64,000 bases of DNA from an uncultured Solirubrobacterales bacterium (GCA_963821775.1 CAWGFB010000002.1:160433-224432); one strand, 5' to 3'; shown: positions 1-10,169, counted from the stretch's first letter. The notes: generated by a model not told the origin, from the sequence alone. A program made the numbers and translations.

Positions 1-143
1 CAGACACGGAATCGAGGCAGTCTCGGCCAGCATCCCACGCGCGGCGGGCGAGGGTGACAGCCGGGTCGAGCTGTCCATCTGGGGTGGCGTGTACCGTGCG
101 CGAAGACGGTGTTCGGGCTGAGAACCTGCGATCGGAGGGTGAC

Positions 144-740
144 ATGAGTGGACCGGTGGATTCCATCCTGCAGGTGAAGGTCAGTCTCCTCGGGTCCTCG
201 AAGCCGCCGGTCTGGCGGCGGCTGCTGATCCCGACCGACATCCGGCTGGACCGGCTGCACGGGATGATCCAGGCGGCAATGGGCTGGGAGGACTACCACA
301 TGCACGTGTTCTCGGACGGCTCTTGCGAGTACGGGCTGGCGGATCCGGAGTTGGGACACCGGGACGAGCGCAAGGCGACACTCGGCCAGCTGCTCAAGCG
401 AGAGGGCGAGCGGATTCGCTACACCTATGACTTCGGCGATGACTGGGAGCACGAGATCGTTGTTGAGAAGGTGCTCGCCGCTGAGCCGGGTGTTCGCTAT
501 CCGATCTGCGTCGCCGGCAAGGGCGCCTGCCCACCCGAGGATTGCGGGGGAGTGTGGGGGTATGAGCATCTACGCGAGGTGCTTGCCGATCCAGCTGACG
601 AGGAGCACGGGGAGATGCTGGAGTGGCTTGGCCTTCAGACGGCGGCGGAGTTCGACCCGGCTCGCTGCGATCTGGACAAGGTCAACAGGGCGCTCGGCAG
701 CGGCGACGATGTCCGGAGGGCCGTCAGGCGGGCGGCGTAG
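144..740 (+). CDS. Plasmid pRiA4b ORF-3 family protein
   Basis: Motifs PPVWRR, LHGMIQAAMGWEDYHMHVF, YTYDFGDDWEH, CPPEDCGG; GGAGG RBS before ATG 144. Confidence 0.9.
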   Translation: MSGPVDSILQVKVSLLGSSKPPVWRRLLIPTDIRLDRLHGMIQAAMGWEDYHMHVFSDGSCEYGLADPELGHRDERKATLGQLLKREGERIRYTYDFGDDWEHEIVVEKVLAAEPGVRYPICVAGKGACPPEDCGGVWGYEHLREVLADPADEEHGEMLEWLGLQTAAEFDPARCDLDKVNRALGSGDDVRRAVRRAA

Positions 741-864
741 ACGAGCGAGCCGAGGGGCCGTGTGAACCATCGGCGAGCAGAGGCCGGTTCGCGCAAGAAG
801 CCGACATCGCGCCCGAGTGGGAGGCTTCGCACACCAACCGCAGGCCATTGAGCGCACGATCACC

Positions 865-1170
865 CGGCGTTGCACGAAGAAGGGCTCTGGGACGACTCTG
901 CCGGCGCGAACCTCGCCTCGCCCCTCGTGGCCGAAGTAGCGGGCCATCTGGTCCACGAGGAGATGGCTCCGGGTGCGCTCCAGCTCGTCGAAGACGACAA
1001 GGCCGAGGGCATCCTGGTCTTCGAGGAAGTAGTAGCGCTCGAACAGGTAGGCGTAGTCCTTGCGAAGGAAGTCGCGGCGGGATCGTGGCGCATCGAGATC
1101 GACAACGCTGGCGAAGAAGCTGGCGGGTCTCAGGGCGAGCGATGCCCAGCCACGGGCCATCACGAGCCGA
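865..1170 (-). pseudogene. DUF3800-like protein fragment
   Basis: LRKDYAYLFERYYFLE..GLVVFDELE..VPEPFFV resembles the DUF3800 core; N- and C-termini missing; boundaries approximate. Confidence 0.5.
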
Positions 1171-1269
1171 CGGCTACGGCCTCGCCGTCCGGGCTGGGTG
1201 AGCCATCCTGTGTTTGACGGAGACTTGATCTGACCTGGGTTTCTTGGAGTCGGCGGTCTGGAATCAGGC

Positions 1270-1445
1270 GGCGATCTGTCGTGCCTGGCGCAGTGATCGT
1301 TTTGAGCGTGGCGGCGGTGACGGTGATGAACCCGTAGTGGGCGGTGTCCTTGATCTCGATCAGCTGGCGCAGCTGGCTGGCGGCGCGCTTGTCGCCGGGC
1401 GTGATCGCGGCGAGCAGCGTCTCGGCGTCGTGATGGTTCTCTGAG
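1270..1445 (-). pseudogene. HEPN-like protein C-terminal fragment
   Basis: NHHDAETLL..QLRQLIEIKDTAHYG (K/R-x4-HY motif); no intact N-terminus; boundaries approximate. Confidence 0.45.
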
Positions 1446-1780
1446 CGGGCGGAGGGCCACCGAAGAAGAGGTCGCCGCATGGTGTGAGCTGGTGCAGAGC
1501 GGCGCGATCGAGATCGCGGCTCCGCGTCGCACAGCACGGGCGATGTCGGCCACGGTCATCATCAAGCCGCCGTGCGCTCGGCCGCTGCGGTTCTGATGGC
1601 CTGAGTCGACCCGGACTGCGATCGTCGGCGCCGAGTCACACCGGCCGGCGTAAAGGGGACCCACGCGCTCCCCGAATGGGCTCCCTGAGAACGTCTTAGC
1701 CGTCCGGTCCGGATGTGGGCCGGGGTGCTACGGGCCGCCTCTTACGTTGTCGTGTTCGTGGGAGAGCTCGAGCTCCATCG

Positions 1781-3031
1781 TCAGGGCTCCAGTCGCACGG
1801 GCAGCGTCTTGTGCTGGTTGGCGAACGCTGACTCGACGTGTGTGCACTCGCCGGCGATCTGGATCTCGGGGTAGCGTTTGAGCGTCTCCTCGATCAGGAT
1901 CCGCAACTCCAGTCGCGCGAGCGCGGTGCCCAGGCAGAAGTGCCGGCCACCGGCACCGAACGCCTGGTGCTCGGCTTCGCGCGTCAGGTCGAAGCGGTCG
2001 GGGTCCTGGAAGCGCGTCTCATCGCGGTTGGACGATGGATACCACATGACCAGCTTCTCGCCCTCACGGATGCGCTGCCCGTGCAGCTCGGTGTCGCGTG
2101 TGGCCGTGCGGGCGAAGTGCGCGAACGCCGGGAACATGCGCAGTGACTCCTCGACCGCCGCCGGCACCAGCGAGGGGTCCTCGAGCACCATCCGTCGTTG
2201 CTTGGGGTTTTCCATCAGCGCGCGCATCCCCGAGCAGTAGGTGGCCTTGGTGCTGTCGTTGCCGGCGGCCATCAGCAGCAGGAACCCCATCACGATCTCG
2301 TGGTCCTCGAGCCGCTCGCCGTCGAGCTCCGCGTGCACGAGCACGCTCGTCAGGTCATCGGTCGGCGCCGCGCGTCGTTCGGCGATCAGCTTGCCGCAGC
2401 GCGCGAACACCTCGGGCACCTCGCGCTCCATCACGCTCTGCGCACCCTCCGGCGTCGCGTCCGGGTCGCCCGCGCCGACGATCGCGTTCATCAGGTTCGC
2501 CCACGCCTCATCGTCCTCGGGCGAGAGGCCCATGAAGCTGCCGATCACCCGCGCCACCACCGGCTGGGCGACGTCGCTGACCAGATCGCAGGTCTCCCGG
2601 GCGGGCGGGCCCTCCAAACGCTCGAGTACCTCGATCGTGATCGCGCGGATCGCGTCCTCGTGCTCGGCGATCCGCTTCGGCGTGAAGCCACGCTGGAACA
2701 GCGCCTTTAGCCGGTCGTGCTTGGGCGGGTCCATCCCGATGAACATCGCCTGCTGCATCTCCAACGACAAGCCTGCATTGGATGCGGTGAAGCCGCCGAC
2801 TTCGGAGGAGTAGGTCTGCCAGTCACGGCTGACCTCGAACACGTCCTCGGCGGTCGTCACCGACCAGAAGCCGGGTTCGTCGGGAAACTCGGCGATGCCG
2901 CTCGACCAGTGAACCGGACACTCAGCGCGCAACCGCCTGAACAACTCCAGCGGCGGCCCCTGCTGGAAGTGGGCGCGGTCAGCGACGCCCAGCTCGTCAA
3001 GCGGCGTCTGATCCTGGCTTGTAGTGCTCAA
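1781..3031 (-). CDS. Cytochrome P450
   Basis: MDPPKHDRLK, AAGNDST I-helix, EESLR, FGAGGRHFCLG heme Cys; GGGAGG RBS before TTG 3031. Confidence 0.95.
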   Translation of the reverse strand: MSTTSQDQTPLDELGVADRAHFQQGPPLELFRRLRAECPVHWSSGIAEFPDEPGFWSVTTAEDVFEVSRDWQTYSSEVGGFTASNAGLSLEMQQAMFIGMDPPKHDRLKALFQRGFTPKRIAEHEDAIRAITIEVLERLEGPPARETCDLVSDVAQPVVARVIGSFMGLSPEDDEAWANLMNAIVGAGDPDATPEGAQSVMEREVPEVFARCGKLIAERRAAPTDDLTSVLVHAELDGERLEDHEIVMGFLLLMAAGNDSTKATYCSGMRALMENPKQRRMVLEDPSLVPAAVEESLRMFPAFAHFARTATRDTELHGQRIREGEKLVMWYPSSNRDETRFQDPDRFDLTREAEHQAFGAGGRHFCLGTALARLELRILIEETLKRYPEIQIAGECTHVESAFANQHKTLPVRLEP

Positions 3032-3315
3032 GTGTCCTCCCGTCTTGACTTGGCCTGATCTACAGACGCAGTCTACTCCTCGGGCTGGGCGCCGCCCACG
3101 GTTTCGGCGCGCTCCCAGTTGCTCGGATCGACCGAGAGGGGCGATCCTGGTTCTTGGGCGTCTTTTGAGGTGCTTGGGTTGTGGCCGCAGCCTCTTGTCT
3201 GCTGAACAGTATGCGTGAAGGTGCGTCATGCGTTGAAAAGGACTCCTCGGTGGACGCGTTCTTTGAGGACACGATCTGAAGTGGTCAACCGGCGCCAGCT
3301 CCCGGCAATCGCTGC

Positions 3316-4686
3316 TCAGGTCGTAGCGCGAGGCTGACGTAGCGTGTAGCCGCTGCGTCTCCTGCCGCTGTGCGCTCTGTTGGCGCGCGCGATCGCTTCC
3401 TCGGTTGCCTTCGCGCCCTCGGCCAGCACGTTCCACTCGAGGTGGCCGTAGTAGTGCTCGGTCGTGCTGATGTCCGCGTGGCGGAGCTGCTGCTGCACGT
3501 ACTTCAACGAGTTGCCGCCGGCGAGCCACGCCGCCGCCGCGGTGTGGCGCAGGGCGTGTAGGGGCATGTCGCGCAGGCTCGCGTCCTGCAGCGCCGCCTT
3601 GTGCCACGCGCTGGAGACGGTGTTGCGGTCGAGCGCCTCGCCGGCGCCACCGCCCTCCCAACGTCCACGGTCGTGCTTGTGCGTCCTCGCGGGCATGACG
3701 AACAGCGGCGCGTCGATTCGATCCCCGCCGTCCATCCGCCTCCGTCGTGCGACCTGCTCCCGCAACGTTCTCGACAGGCCGGGTCCGATCTCGACGGGAT
3801 CGAAGCGGTCGGACTTCGTCGAGCCGATCTTGTTCCCCTTCTTGCGGGAGCGGTAGACGACGATCATGCCGCCTGCTTCTTCGAGCTCGAGATCTCCGAG
3901 CTGCAGCCCGATCGCCTCGGAGATGCGCAGGCCGCTGCCGACCAGCGTCTCGGCCAGCGGCCGGTAGACCTCTGAGCAGGAGTCGAGGTAGAGCGGTATC
4001 TCGTGCAGGCGCAGGTAGTCGCGCTCGGTGTGAGCCGCCGGCAGCTTCGGAACCTCGAGCGCCGGGTTCGCCACGATCCGCTTTTCCTTGACCGCCGCGT
4101 TGAGGGCGACGACGAGCGTGCCGAGCGTGTTGTTGATCGTCTTCGGCGCCAGCTCACCGGCTTCCATCGACTCGACCATCTGACCCATCAGCTCGTGGAC
4201 GTGTTCGACCTGCATGCGTTCAAGCTGGACCGACTCCAGCGCAGGCATGAGCCGCAGGCGGCCGTCGCGCTCGTACGCCGCCCACGTGCCTTCCTCGAGG
4301 TAGGGCCTGCGCCGCTCGAGCCAGCGCGGCCAGAACTCTCCGAACGTCTCCTTCGTGTGGATGACCTCGCGCCGCTCCACCTTCTCGGTCTGCCGCCGGC
4401 GGTAGTTCGCGGCCGCCGCCTGACTCGTGAAGCCCCGCTTGTTCGTCCACGTGCCGTCCGAGCGCTTGACCTTGCACCGCCACCTCGTCCCGTCCGCCGT
4501 CGGGTACGGGTAGACGCCGCCGCCCTGTCCGTAGTCGAGCCGCCGGCGCTCTTTGACCTTCTGGTCGTGGATCGCTTCGTCGAACGCCTTCGCCGGCGCC
4601 TCATCATCGAAGCGACGCGAGCGCTGACGGCCGTTCGAGTCGCGCCATCGCACTTCCCAGGCGCCCTTGGCGTAGCTGCAGCTCAT
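3316..4686 (-). CDS. Tyrosine recombinase/phage-type integrase
   Basis: SGLRISE, LHALRHT, LRHADISTTEHYY catalytic motifs; N-terminal arm-binding-like segments; immediately downstream of tRNA-Leu 3' end. Confidence 0.93.
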   Translation of the reverse strand: MSCSYAKGAWEVRWRDSNGRQRSRRFDDEAPAKAFDEAIHDQKVKERRRLDYGQGGGVYPYPTADGTRWRCKVKRSDGTWTNKRGFTSQAAAANYRRRQTEKVERREVIHTKETFGEFWPRWLERRRPYLEEGTWAAYERDGRLRLMPALESVQLERMQVEHVHELMGQMVESMEAGELAPKTINNTLGTLVVALNAAVKEKRIVANPALEVPKLPAAHTERDYLRLHEIPLYLDSCSEVYRPLAETLVGSGLRISEAIGLQLGDLELEEAGGMIVVYRSRKKGNKIGSTKSDRFDPVEIGPGLSRTLREQVARRRRMDGGDRIDAPLFVMPARTHKHDRGRWEGGGAGEALDRNTVSSAWHKAALQDASLRDMPLHALRHTAAAAWLAGGNSLKYVQQQLRHADISTTEHYYGHLEWNVLAEGAKATEEAIARANRAHSGRRRSGYTLRQPRATT

Positions 4687-4699
4687 GATGCCTCCCGCG

Positions 4700-4764
4700 T
4701 CCGAACATCGGCACCCAGAATGTTCGGAAAAGTGTTCGGATGTGCCAGTGACACCGATCCGAAC
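4700..4764. repeat. TGTTCGGA/TCCGAAC repeats, candidate integrase arm-type sites
   Basis: TGTTCGGA at 4721 and 4733; inverted TCCGAAC(A) at 4700 and 4758; located between tRNA and integrase. Confidence 0.5.
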
Positions 4765-4802
4765 GATAGCGCTCGCCGTGACAGGAAGCGACGGCGACAT
4801 AG

Positions 4803-4828
4803 AAAAAGCCCTAATTTGCAGGGCTTTG
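4803..4828 (-). terminator. Hairpin terminator downstream of tRNA-Leu
   Basis: AAAGCCCT-aatttgc-AGGGCTTT; U-tract on the minus strand. Confidence 0.65.
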
Positions 4829-4832
4829 TCTA

Positions 4833-4918
<86 letters not shown>

Positions 4919-5029
4919 AGAGAAGGCGAGTATAGCCGCAGGTCGTCCGGCCTCTCGCGCAGGCGCGCTGACGCGGGGGCTGCGACCGGGGCGGTCGGGA
5001 GGGCTCGGGAAGTGCTGTGCGGCTTGCCC

Positions 5030-5073
5030 TTGCATCCGTCCGCGGGGGGCGCTACTGTACGAACAGGTGTTCG
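5030..5073 (+). promoter_or_regulatory. lexA promoter with LexA (SOS) box
   Basis: TTGCAT(5030)-N17-TACTGT(5053), then CGAAC-AGGT-GTTCG (5060-5073), the Gram-positive SOS box. Confidence 0.9.
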
Positions 5074-5113
5074 TTCCGTCCTTGCAGCCAGCCGATCGGA
5101 GGGGCCACGGGCC

Positions 5114-5737
5114 ATGGATCTGACCAAGCGTCAGCAGGAGATCTTCGACTTCATCCGCAAGTACTCGGCGCGGTACGGCTACCCGCCGACCGTGCGCGAC
5201 ATCGGCAAGGCCGTGGGGCTGGCGTCCTCTTCGACGGTGCACGCGCACCTGGCCAACCTGGAGAAGATCGGCCTGCTGCGGCGTGATCCCGCCAAGCCGC
5301 GGGCGATCGAGCTGCTCGACCGGGCGGTCGGCAGCGCGGTGGACAGCATGCGCTCGATAGTGCGGCCCGAGGGGCTGCCACTCGTGGGGTCCGTTGCCGC
5401 CGGCCAGCCGGTGCTGGCGGAGGAGAACGTCGAGGAGTATGTCGCCGTGCCGGAGGTCGCGGGGGGCGAGGAGGGCCGCTACCTGCTGCGGATCCGCGGG
5501 GACTCGATGAAGGACGCCGGCATCCTCGAAGGTGACTTGGTGGTCGTGCAGCCGCAGGAGACGGCCGGGGACGGGGAGATCGTCGTGGCGCTGCTGGGGG
5601 AGGAGGCGACCGTGAAGCGCTTCTTCCGCGAGCCGGACCACATCCGCCTGCAGCCGGAGAACGAGACGATGGAGCCAATCCGCAGCAAGGAGGTCAGGGT
5701 GCTCGGACGCGTGGTCGGGTTGCTCAGGAGCCTCTGA
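5114..5737 (+). CDS. lexA: SOS repressor LexA
   Basis: LTKRQQEIF, YPPTVRDIG, VAAGQP cleavage site, GDSM Ser and TVKR Lys. Confidence 0.97.
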   Translation: MDLTKRQQEIFDFIRKYSARYGYPPTVRDIGKAVGLASSSTVHAHLANLEKIGLLRRDPAKPRAIELLDRAVGSAVDSMRSIVRPEGLPLVGSVAAGQPVLAEENVEEYVAVPEVAGGEEGRYLLRIRGDSMKDAGILEGDLVVVQPQETAGDGEIVVALLGEEATVKRFFREPDHIRLQPENETMEPIRSKEVRVLGRVVGLLRSL

Positions 5738-5817
5738 GGGCCGGCCTGGGGCTCAGGCCGGTTTGGCGCCCGGTGCCGGTCTGGCGCCCCGGTGCCGGAC
5801 GCTGCTAGGTTGGGCGT

Positions 5818-6140
5818 GCAGGTCAAGCAGCCGCGGAGGCCGTCGGCCTTCGAGGAAAGTCCGGACATCACAGGGCAGGGTGGTCGAGTCTCGACCCGGG
5901 GAAACCCGCGGGAAAGTGCCACAGAAACAAACCGCCGACGCCGGCCGTCCCACGTGAACGGCAGGCGGGCAAGGGTGAAATGGTGCGGTAAGAGCGCACC
6001 AGCGCCGCGGTGACGCGGCGGCTGGGCAAACCCCACCCGATGCAAGGCCGAAGCGGACCGTTCGCAGGTTGCCCGCCAAGGTCCAGGTAGGCCGCTCAGA
6101 TGGATGGCTGCTCACGACAGAATCCGGCTTATCGACCTGC
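5818..6140 (+). ncRNA. rnpB: RNase P RNA (type A)
   Basis: GAGGAAAGTCCGG, GGAAAGTGCCACAGAAA, GGTAAGAGCGCACC, GGCAAACCCC, ACAGAATCCGGCTTAT; P1 GCAGGTC/GACCTGC. Confidence 0.97.
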
Positions 6141-6146
6141 TAAGGA

Positions 6147-6172
6147 AAAGCCCCGCTCCGGCGGGGTTTTTC
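6147..6172 (+). terminator. Intrinsic terminator of rnpB
   Basis: GCCCCGC-tccg-GCGGGGT followed by T-tract; duplicated at about 7378-7411. Confidence 0.85.
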
Positions 6173-6415
6173 TATGGGCCGAGTCGCTGGGTTCTCGTCA
6201 CGCTAAGAGCAGAGGGGGCCTGGGGCGATCTCTATGGAATCGCTCGGCGCGGGCGCCCGGGAACACCCCGGCAGCGCTCCATGCCGCGCGAGGCAGCATA
6301 GCGGGCCACTCGGCGTCAAGCAACTCCAGACCGGCCCCGGTCAGCTCAGCGCGGCCAGTCGATCCGGTCGGCCAGCTCCTCGGCGCCGAGGTTGATCAGG
6401 CCGCGCGCCCGGGGA

Positions 6416-6600
6416 TCATTCGCTCTTGTTGCCTGTGCGGGCCGGCGGGAGCGGTGGGGTGGGAGGCAGGCCGGCCTGGTCGGCGAGCGCCTGCACGGCG
6501 GTGTGCATCTCCTGGCCGGCGACGTGGGCGTAGCGGCTGACGGTCGAGAGGTCGGCGTGCCCGAGGCACTCGGCGACGAGCCGTGTCGCCTGTGGCATGG
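6416..6600 (-). pseudogene. Tyrosine integrase C-terminal remnant
   Basis: RLVAECLGHADLSTVSRYAH, the LGH...Y box II motif. Confidence 0.75.
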
Positions 6601-6645
6601 CGCAGGCACAAGTCACGTTCGGGCATGGTCTCCACCCGCAAGCAT

Positions 6646-7068
6646 TCAGTCGACGGAGCCGGCGGGCGCTATCCACTGACAAGACTGACCGGTGACTTCG
6701 GCGATCAGGTCAAAGTCGGTGTCGTAATGGAGGATTGTCAGGTTGGCCGCCTCGGCGGTAGCGGCGATCAAGAGGTCAGGCACCTTGCGACCGCGCTGGT
6801 GTTTGACGGCGAGCAGCCGCTGCACCTCCTTGGCTCGGCGGATGTGCTCGGACGTGGTGTCCACGAGCTGGAAGCGCCGGGCGCCGCTTGCCAGACGATC
6901 CCACTCGCGTGCGTTGCGGGCGGCAAAGCCGACCTCGAGGTCGCTGATCGGAGTACGGCCGAGCTCCGCTGGGTCGGGGTCAGCCTGGAGCTCGAGGATG
7001 GCCTGCTGGATGACCGGGTCGCCCAAGCGGGTAAGGACACTGGTCTCCAGGAGGTGCGTCAGCGCCAT
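6646..7068 (-). CDS. vapC: PIN-domain VapC toxin
   Basis: LLETSVL, DLEVG, KVPDLLIAATAE, LHYDTDFDLIA. Confidence 0.9.
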   Translation of the reverse strand: MALTHLLETSVLTRLGDPVIQQAILELQADPDPAELGRTPISDLEVGFAARNAREWDRLASGARRFQLVDTTSEHIRRAKEVQRLLAVKHQRGRKVPDLLIAATAEAANLTILHYDTDFDLIAEVTGQSCQWIAPAGSVD

Positions 7069-7256
7069 GCATCCTCGCGCGGCGGAAAGTCAACGCTGGC
7101 GAAGATCTCAAATACTTCCTCGAGTGTGGGGATGGGACCGTCCTCGCCCATACCGTTCGGCTCAAGCTGGTCCTTGATGGCGTCGAGCCGCAGTTCGGTC
7201 TCCGGTGTATCCGGCAGAGAGTCGACCAGCTGGTGCACATGCTCCTTGGTAGCCAT
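7059..7256 (-). CDS. Putative antitoxin (small acidic protein)
   Basis: 65 aa acidic ORF overlapping the vapC start; GAGG RBS. Confidence 0.65.
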   Translation of the reverse strand: MATKEHVHQLVDSLPDTPETELRLDAIKDQLEPNGMGEDGPIPTLEEVFEIFASVDFPPREDAWR

Positions 7257-7600
7257 GCCTCAAAAGTGTAGTGGCGGCCTCCAACAGCACGAGTCGCTGG
7301 ATGTTGGGGGTCTGGATGGGAGCGCTGGAACAGCGCGCCGAGCCTGAGCCCAAGCTCGGCTTATCGACCTGCTAAGGAAAGCCCCGCTCCGACGCTCCGG
7401 CGGGGTTTTTCTATGGCCGCTCGGGGGTCGGCGGAGGGCGCTCGGAAGGAACGGGGGCTCGCTGGAGTCCGTGGGGGCAGCGCGGTTGCGCCGGTCCTCG
7501 GCGTAGAGTCTGCAGGACGAGGTCCCCGCTCGTCTGAGGCGGTCGCTCGCAGCGGCTCTCGCCCCGCGCCTTGCCCCCGGAACCGACAGGAAGGACAGAC

Positions 7601-8032
7601 ATGGCTCCCAGAACGTCGCTCGTGGCTCTCGCCGGCGTGCTGCTCGCACTCGCCGGCTGCGGCGGCTCCTCCTCGACCACCGGCACCACCGCTGCCACCA
7701 CCGCCGCGACGAGCGCTGGCACGGCCACGGCGCCGGCTGGCGCAGGAGAACACCTCAGCCTGGAAGCCAACGGCGAAGGGCAACTCAAATACAACAAGAC
7801 CTCACTGACGGCCAAGGCGGGCGAGGTCTCGATCGACTTCACCAACATGGCGTCGCTTTCCCACAACGTCACGGTGGAATCCTCCTCCGGCGCGACGCTG
7901 GGGGCGACCCCCACCTTCCAGGGTGGGACGAAGACGCTGACGCTCGACCTGAAGCCCGGCGTCTACAAGTTCTTCTGCACGGTGCCCGGCCACCGCATGG
8001 CGGGCATGGAAGGGACGCTCACGGTCAAGTAA
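7601..8032 (+). CDS. Plastocyanin/azurin-family blue copper lipoprotein
   Basis: Lipobox LAGC; HN and FFCTVPGHRMAGM type-1 Cu ligands. Confidence 0.92.
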   Translation: MAPRTSLVALAGVLLALAGCGGSSSTTGTTAATTAATSAGTATAPAGAGEHLSLEANGEGQLKYNKTSLTAKAGEVSIDFTNMASLSHNVTVESSSGATLGATPTFQGGTKTLTLDLKPGVYKFFCTVPGHRMAGMEGTLTVK

Positions 8033-8086
8033 GGGGGGCGGCCCGCCGGCGCGGGGAGGGCGCTGCTCCTGTCGCGGCCCGCAGCG

Positions 8087-8845
8087 TCACTGCACCGGCA
8101 CCTGCATCCCGCGCCGGCGCAGCGCCCGTTCGATCTCGCCGTTGACGGTCTCGAGCACGTGCACGCGGGCGTAGTGCTTGGACTCGGCGGGGACGAGGTG
8201 CCAGCGGGCGTGCTTGGCGTCGGTGCGCTCGAACGCCTCCTCCAGCGCCTGCACGTACCGCTCGCGCTCGCCGCGGTTGCGCCAGTCATCGGGGGCCAGC
8301 TTCCAGCTCTTCAGCGGGTCGTTTGCGCGCGCTTCGAAGCGGCGCAGCTGCTCGTCGCTGGAGATGTGCAGCCACAGCTTGACGAGCACCATGCCCTCCG
8401 CGGTCAGCATCTGCTCGAACTGCGCGATCTCCTCGTACGCCCGCTGCCACTCCTCCTCGGTCGCGAAGCCCTCGACGCGCTCGACCAGCACGCGCCCGTA
8501 CCACGAGCGGTCGCACACGGTAAAGCCCCCCCACCCCGGCAGCGCCGGCCAGAAGCGCCACAGGAAGTGGTGGCGCTTGGCGGTCTCGTCGGGCGCCGCG
8601 AACTGCGCGACGCGCACGTGGCGGGGGTCGAGCATCGACACCAGCCGCCGGATCGCGCCGCCCTTGCCGGCCGCATCCCACCCCTCGAAGAGCACGCACA
8701 CCGGCGGGCCCACGTGGCCGTCGTCGCGCAGGCCGGCGAGCGCCAGGCGCAGCGCGAGCAGGCGCCGCTGCTGCGCGAGCAGGCGCTTTTCGGACTCCGC
8801 GCGCGTGAGGCTCAGGGTGAGGTCGACTTCGTCGAGGCGTCCCAC
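8087..8845 (-). CDS. ppk2: Polyphosphate kinase 2 family protein
   Basis: FEGWDAAGKGGAIRR Walker A, DRSWYGRVLVERV, KLWLHIS. Confidence 0.93.
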   Translation of the reverse strand: MGRLDEVDLTLSLTRAESEKRLLAQQRRLLALRLALAGLRDDGHVGPPVCVLFEGWDAAGKGGAIRRLVSMLDPRHVRVAQFAAPDETAKRHHFLWRFWPALPGWGGFTVCDRSWYGRVLVERVEGFATEEEWQRAYEEIAQFEQMLTAEGMVLVKLWLHISSDEQLRRFEARANDPLKSWKLAPDDWRNRGERERYVQALEEAFERTDAKHARWHLVPAESKHYARVHVLETVNGEIERALRRRGMQVPVQ

Positions 8846-8855
8846 CCCGAGAAGG

Positions 8856-10169
8856 CTACGCGCTCGCCGGCGCGAGTCCCGCTTCGCGCTGGAAGCCCTC
8901 CAGCACGCCGCGCATCGTCTCGGGGTCGCACTCGACCTTCGAGGGCCACGGCTTGGAGGGGTGCTCGTAGAGGGTCTTCAGGCCGTTGCCGGTGATGAGC
9001 GCCACGATCGTTTCGTCGGGGTCGAGGCGGCCCTCGGCGGCGAGCTTCTTCAGCACCGCGATGGTCGTGCCGCCGGCGGGCTCGGTGAGGATGCCCTCGG
9101 TGGCGGCCAGCAGGTCGATGCCGGCGAAGATCTCCTTGTCGCTCACCCACGCCGCGGTGCCGCCGCGGCTGCGGACGGCCTCGATCACGAACACGCCGTC
9201 GCCGGGCGAGCCGATGCCCAGCGAGTGGGCCTTCGTCGTGGGCTTCATCGGATCGATCTCCGAGGCGCCGGAGAGGATCGCCCGGGCGATCGGGTTGCAC
9301 CCCTCGGGCTGGGCGATGTCGATCTTCGTGTCGGCCGTCCTGGCGAGGCCGACCGTTTCGAGCTCCTGCAGGCCCTTGTGGATGCGCGAGCTCAGCGTGC
9401 CGCCGGCGGCGGGGCTGAGGATGCGGTCCGGCGCGCGCCATCCGAGCTGCTGCACGATCTCGTACGCCTCGGTCTTGGCGCCCTCGGCGTAGAAGGGACG
9501 TAGAGTGATGTTCGCGAACTCCAGGCCGGTCGCTTCGGCCAGCGCGCGGCACGCTTTGTTGGCTTCGTCGTAGTTGCCCTCCACCTGGCACACGCGCGCG
9601 CCCAGCGCGCGGCAGGCGTGTGCCTTGGTCGACTCCAGGCGGTTGGGGTAGAAGACGTACGCCGCCGCGCCCGCCTTCGCGGCGAGCGCCGCCACGGCGG
9701 TGCCGACGTTGCCTGTGGACACGCAGCCGATCTCGCGGCGGCCCAGCTCCATGAGGCGGGCGACGGCCATGCTGACGACGCGGTCCTTGTAGGAGAGGCT
9801 CGGGCGGGAGGTCGAGTCGTCCTTGATGTACAGGTTGCGCAGGCCCACGGCGGCGCCCAGCCGGTCGGCGTGGATCAGCGGCGTGAAGCCGGCCCACTCG
9901 CCGACGCGTTCGGGGCCGATGGCGTCGTGGATCGGCAGGAGCTCCTCCAGGAACCAGATGTTCAGCGGACGCTCCGCCAGCGGTCGTTCGGCGATCCGCT
10001 TGGCGGCGAGCTCGTAGTCGTAGTCGACGTCGAGGCTCTTGCCGCAGCGGGGGCAGTACGCGCCGCCCTCGGCGAGGGGCACGTGCACCTCACATTTGCG
10101 ACACGTCAGCTCGGTCGCGCAGGAGCGCGTCCGCCGCGGGTCCTCGACGTGGTCTTGGGGAGGGCTCAT
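8856..10169 (-). CDS. Threonine synthase-like PLP enzyme (fold type II)
   Basis: N-terminal CxxC..CxxC, PSLSYKDR PLP lysine, STGNVG, EGAKT, TEPAGG, ITGNGLK; start could be 10250. Confidence 0.88.
   Translation of the reverse strand: MSPPQDHVEDPRRTRSCATELTCRKCEVHVPLAEGGAYCPRCGKSLDVDYDYELAAKRIAERPLAERPLNIWFLEELLPIHDAIGPERVGEWAGFTPLIHADRLGAAVGLRNLYIKDDSTSRPSLSYKDRVVSMAVARLMELGRREIGCVSTGNVGTAVAALAAKAGAAAYVFYPNRLESTKAHACRALGARVCQVEGNYDEANKACRALAEATGLEFANITLRPFYAEGAKTEAYEIVQQLGWRAPDRILSPAAGGTLSSRIHKGLQELETVGLARTADTKIDIAQPEGCNPIARAILSGASEIDPMKPTTKAHSLGIGSPGDGVFVIEAVRSRGGTAAWVSDKEIFAGIDLLAATEGILTEPAGGTTIAVLKKLAAEGRLDPDETIVALITGNGLKTLYEHPSKPWPSKVECDPETMRGVLEGFQREAGLAPASA

Larger units (their letters stand above)
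6125..7416. mobile_element. Decayed integrative element in the 3' end of rnpB
   Basis: Direct repeats 6125-6177 and 7357-7416 (rnpB 3' end plus terminator) flank an integrase remnant and a PIN toxin-antitoxin pair. Confidence 0.85.

Noticed and set aside
4700-4764. LexA boxes upstream of the integrase
   Set aside because: GAAC and GTTC half-sites are not in the GAAC-N4-GTTC arrangement; they fit arm-type repeats better.
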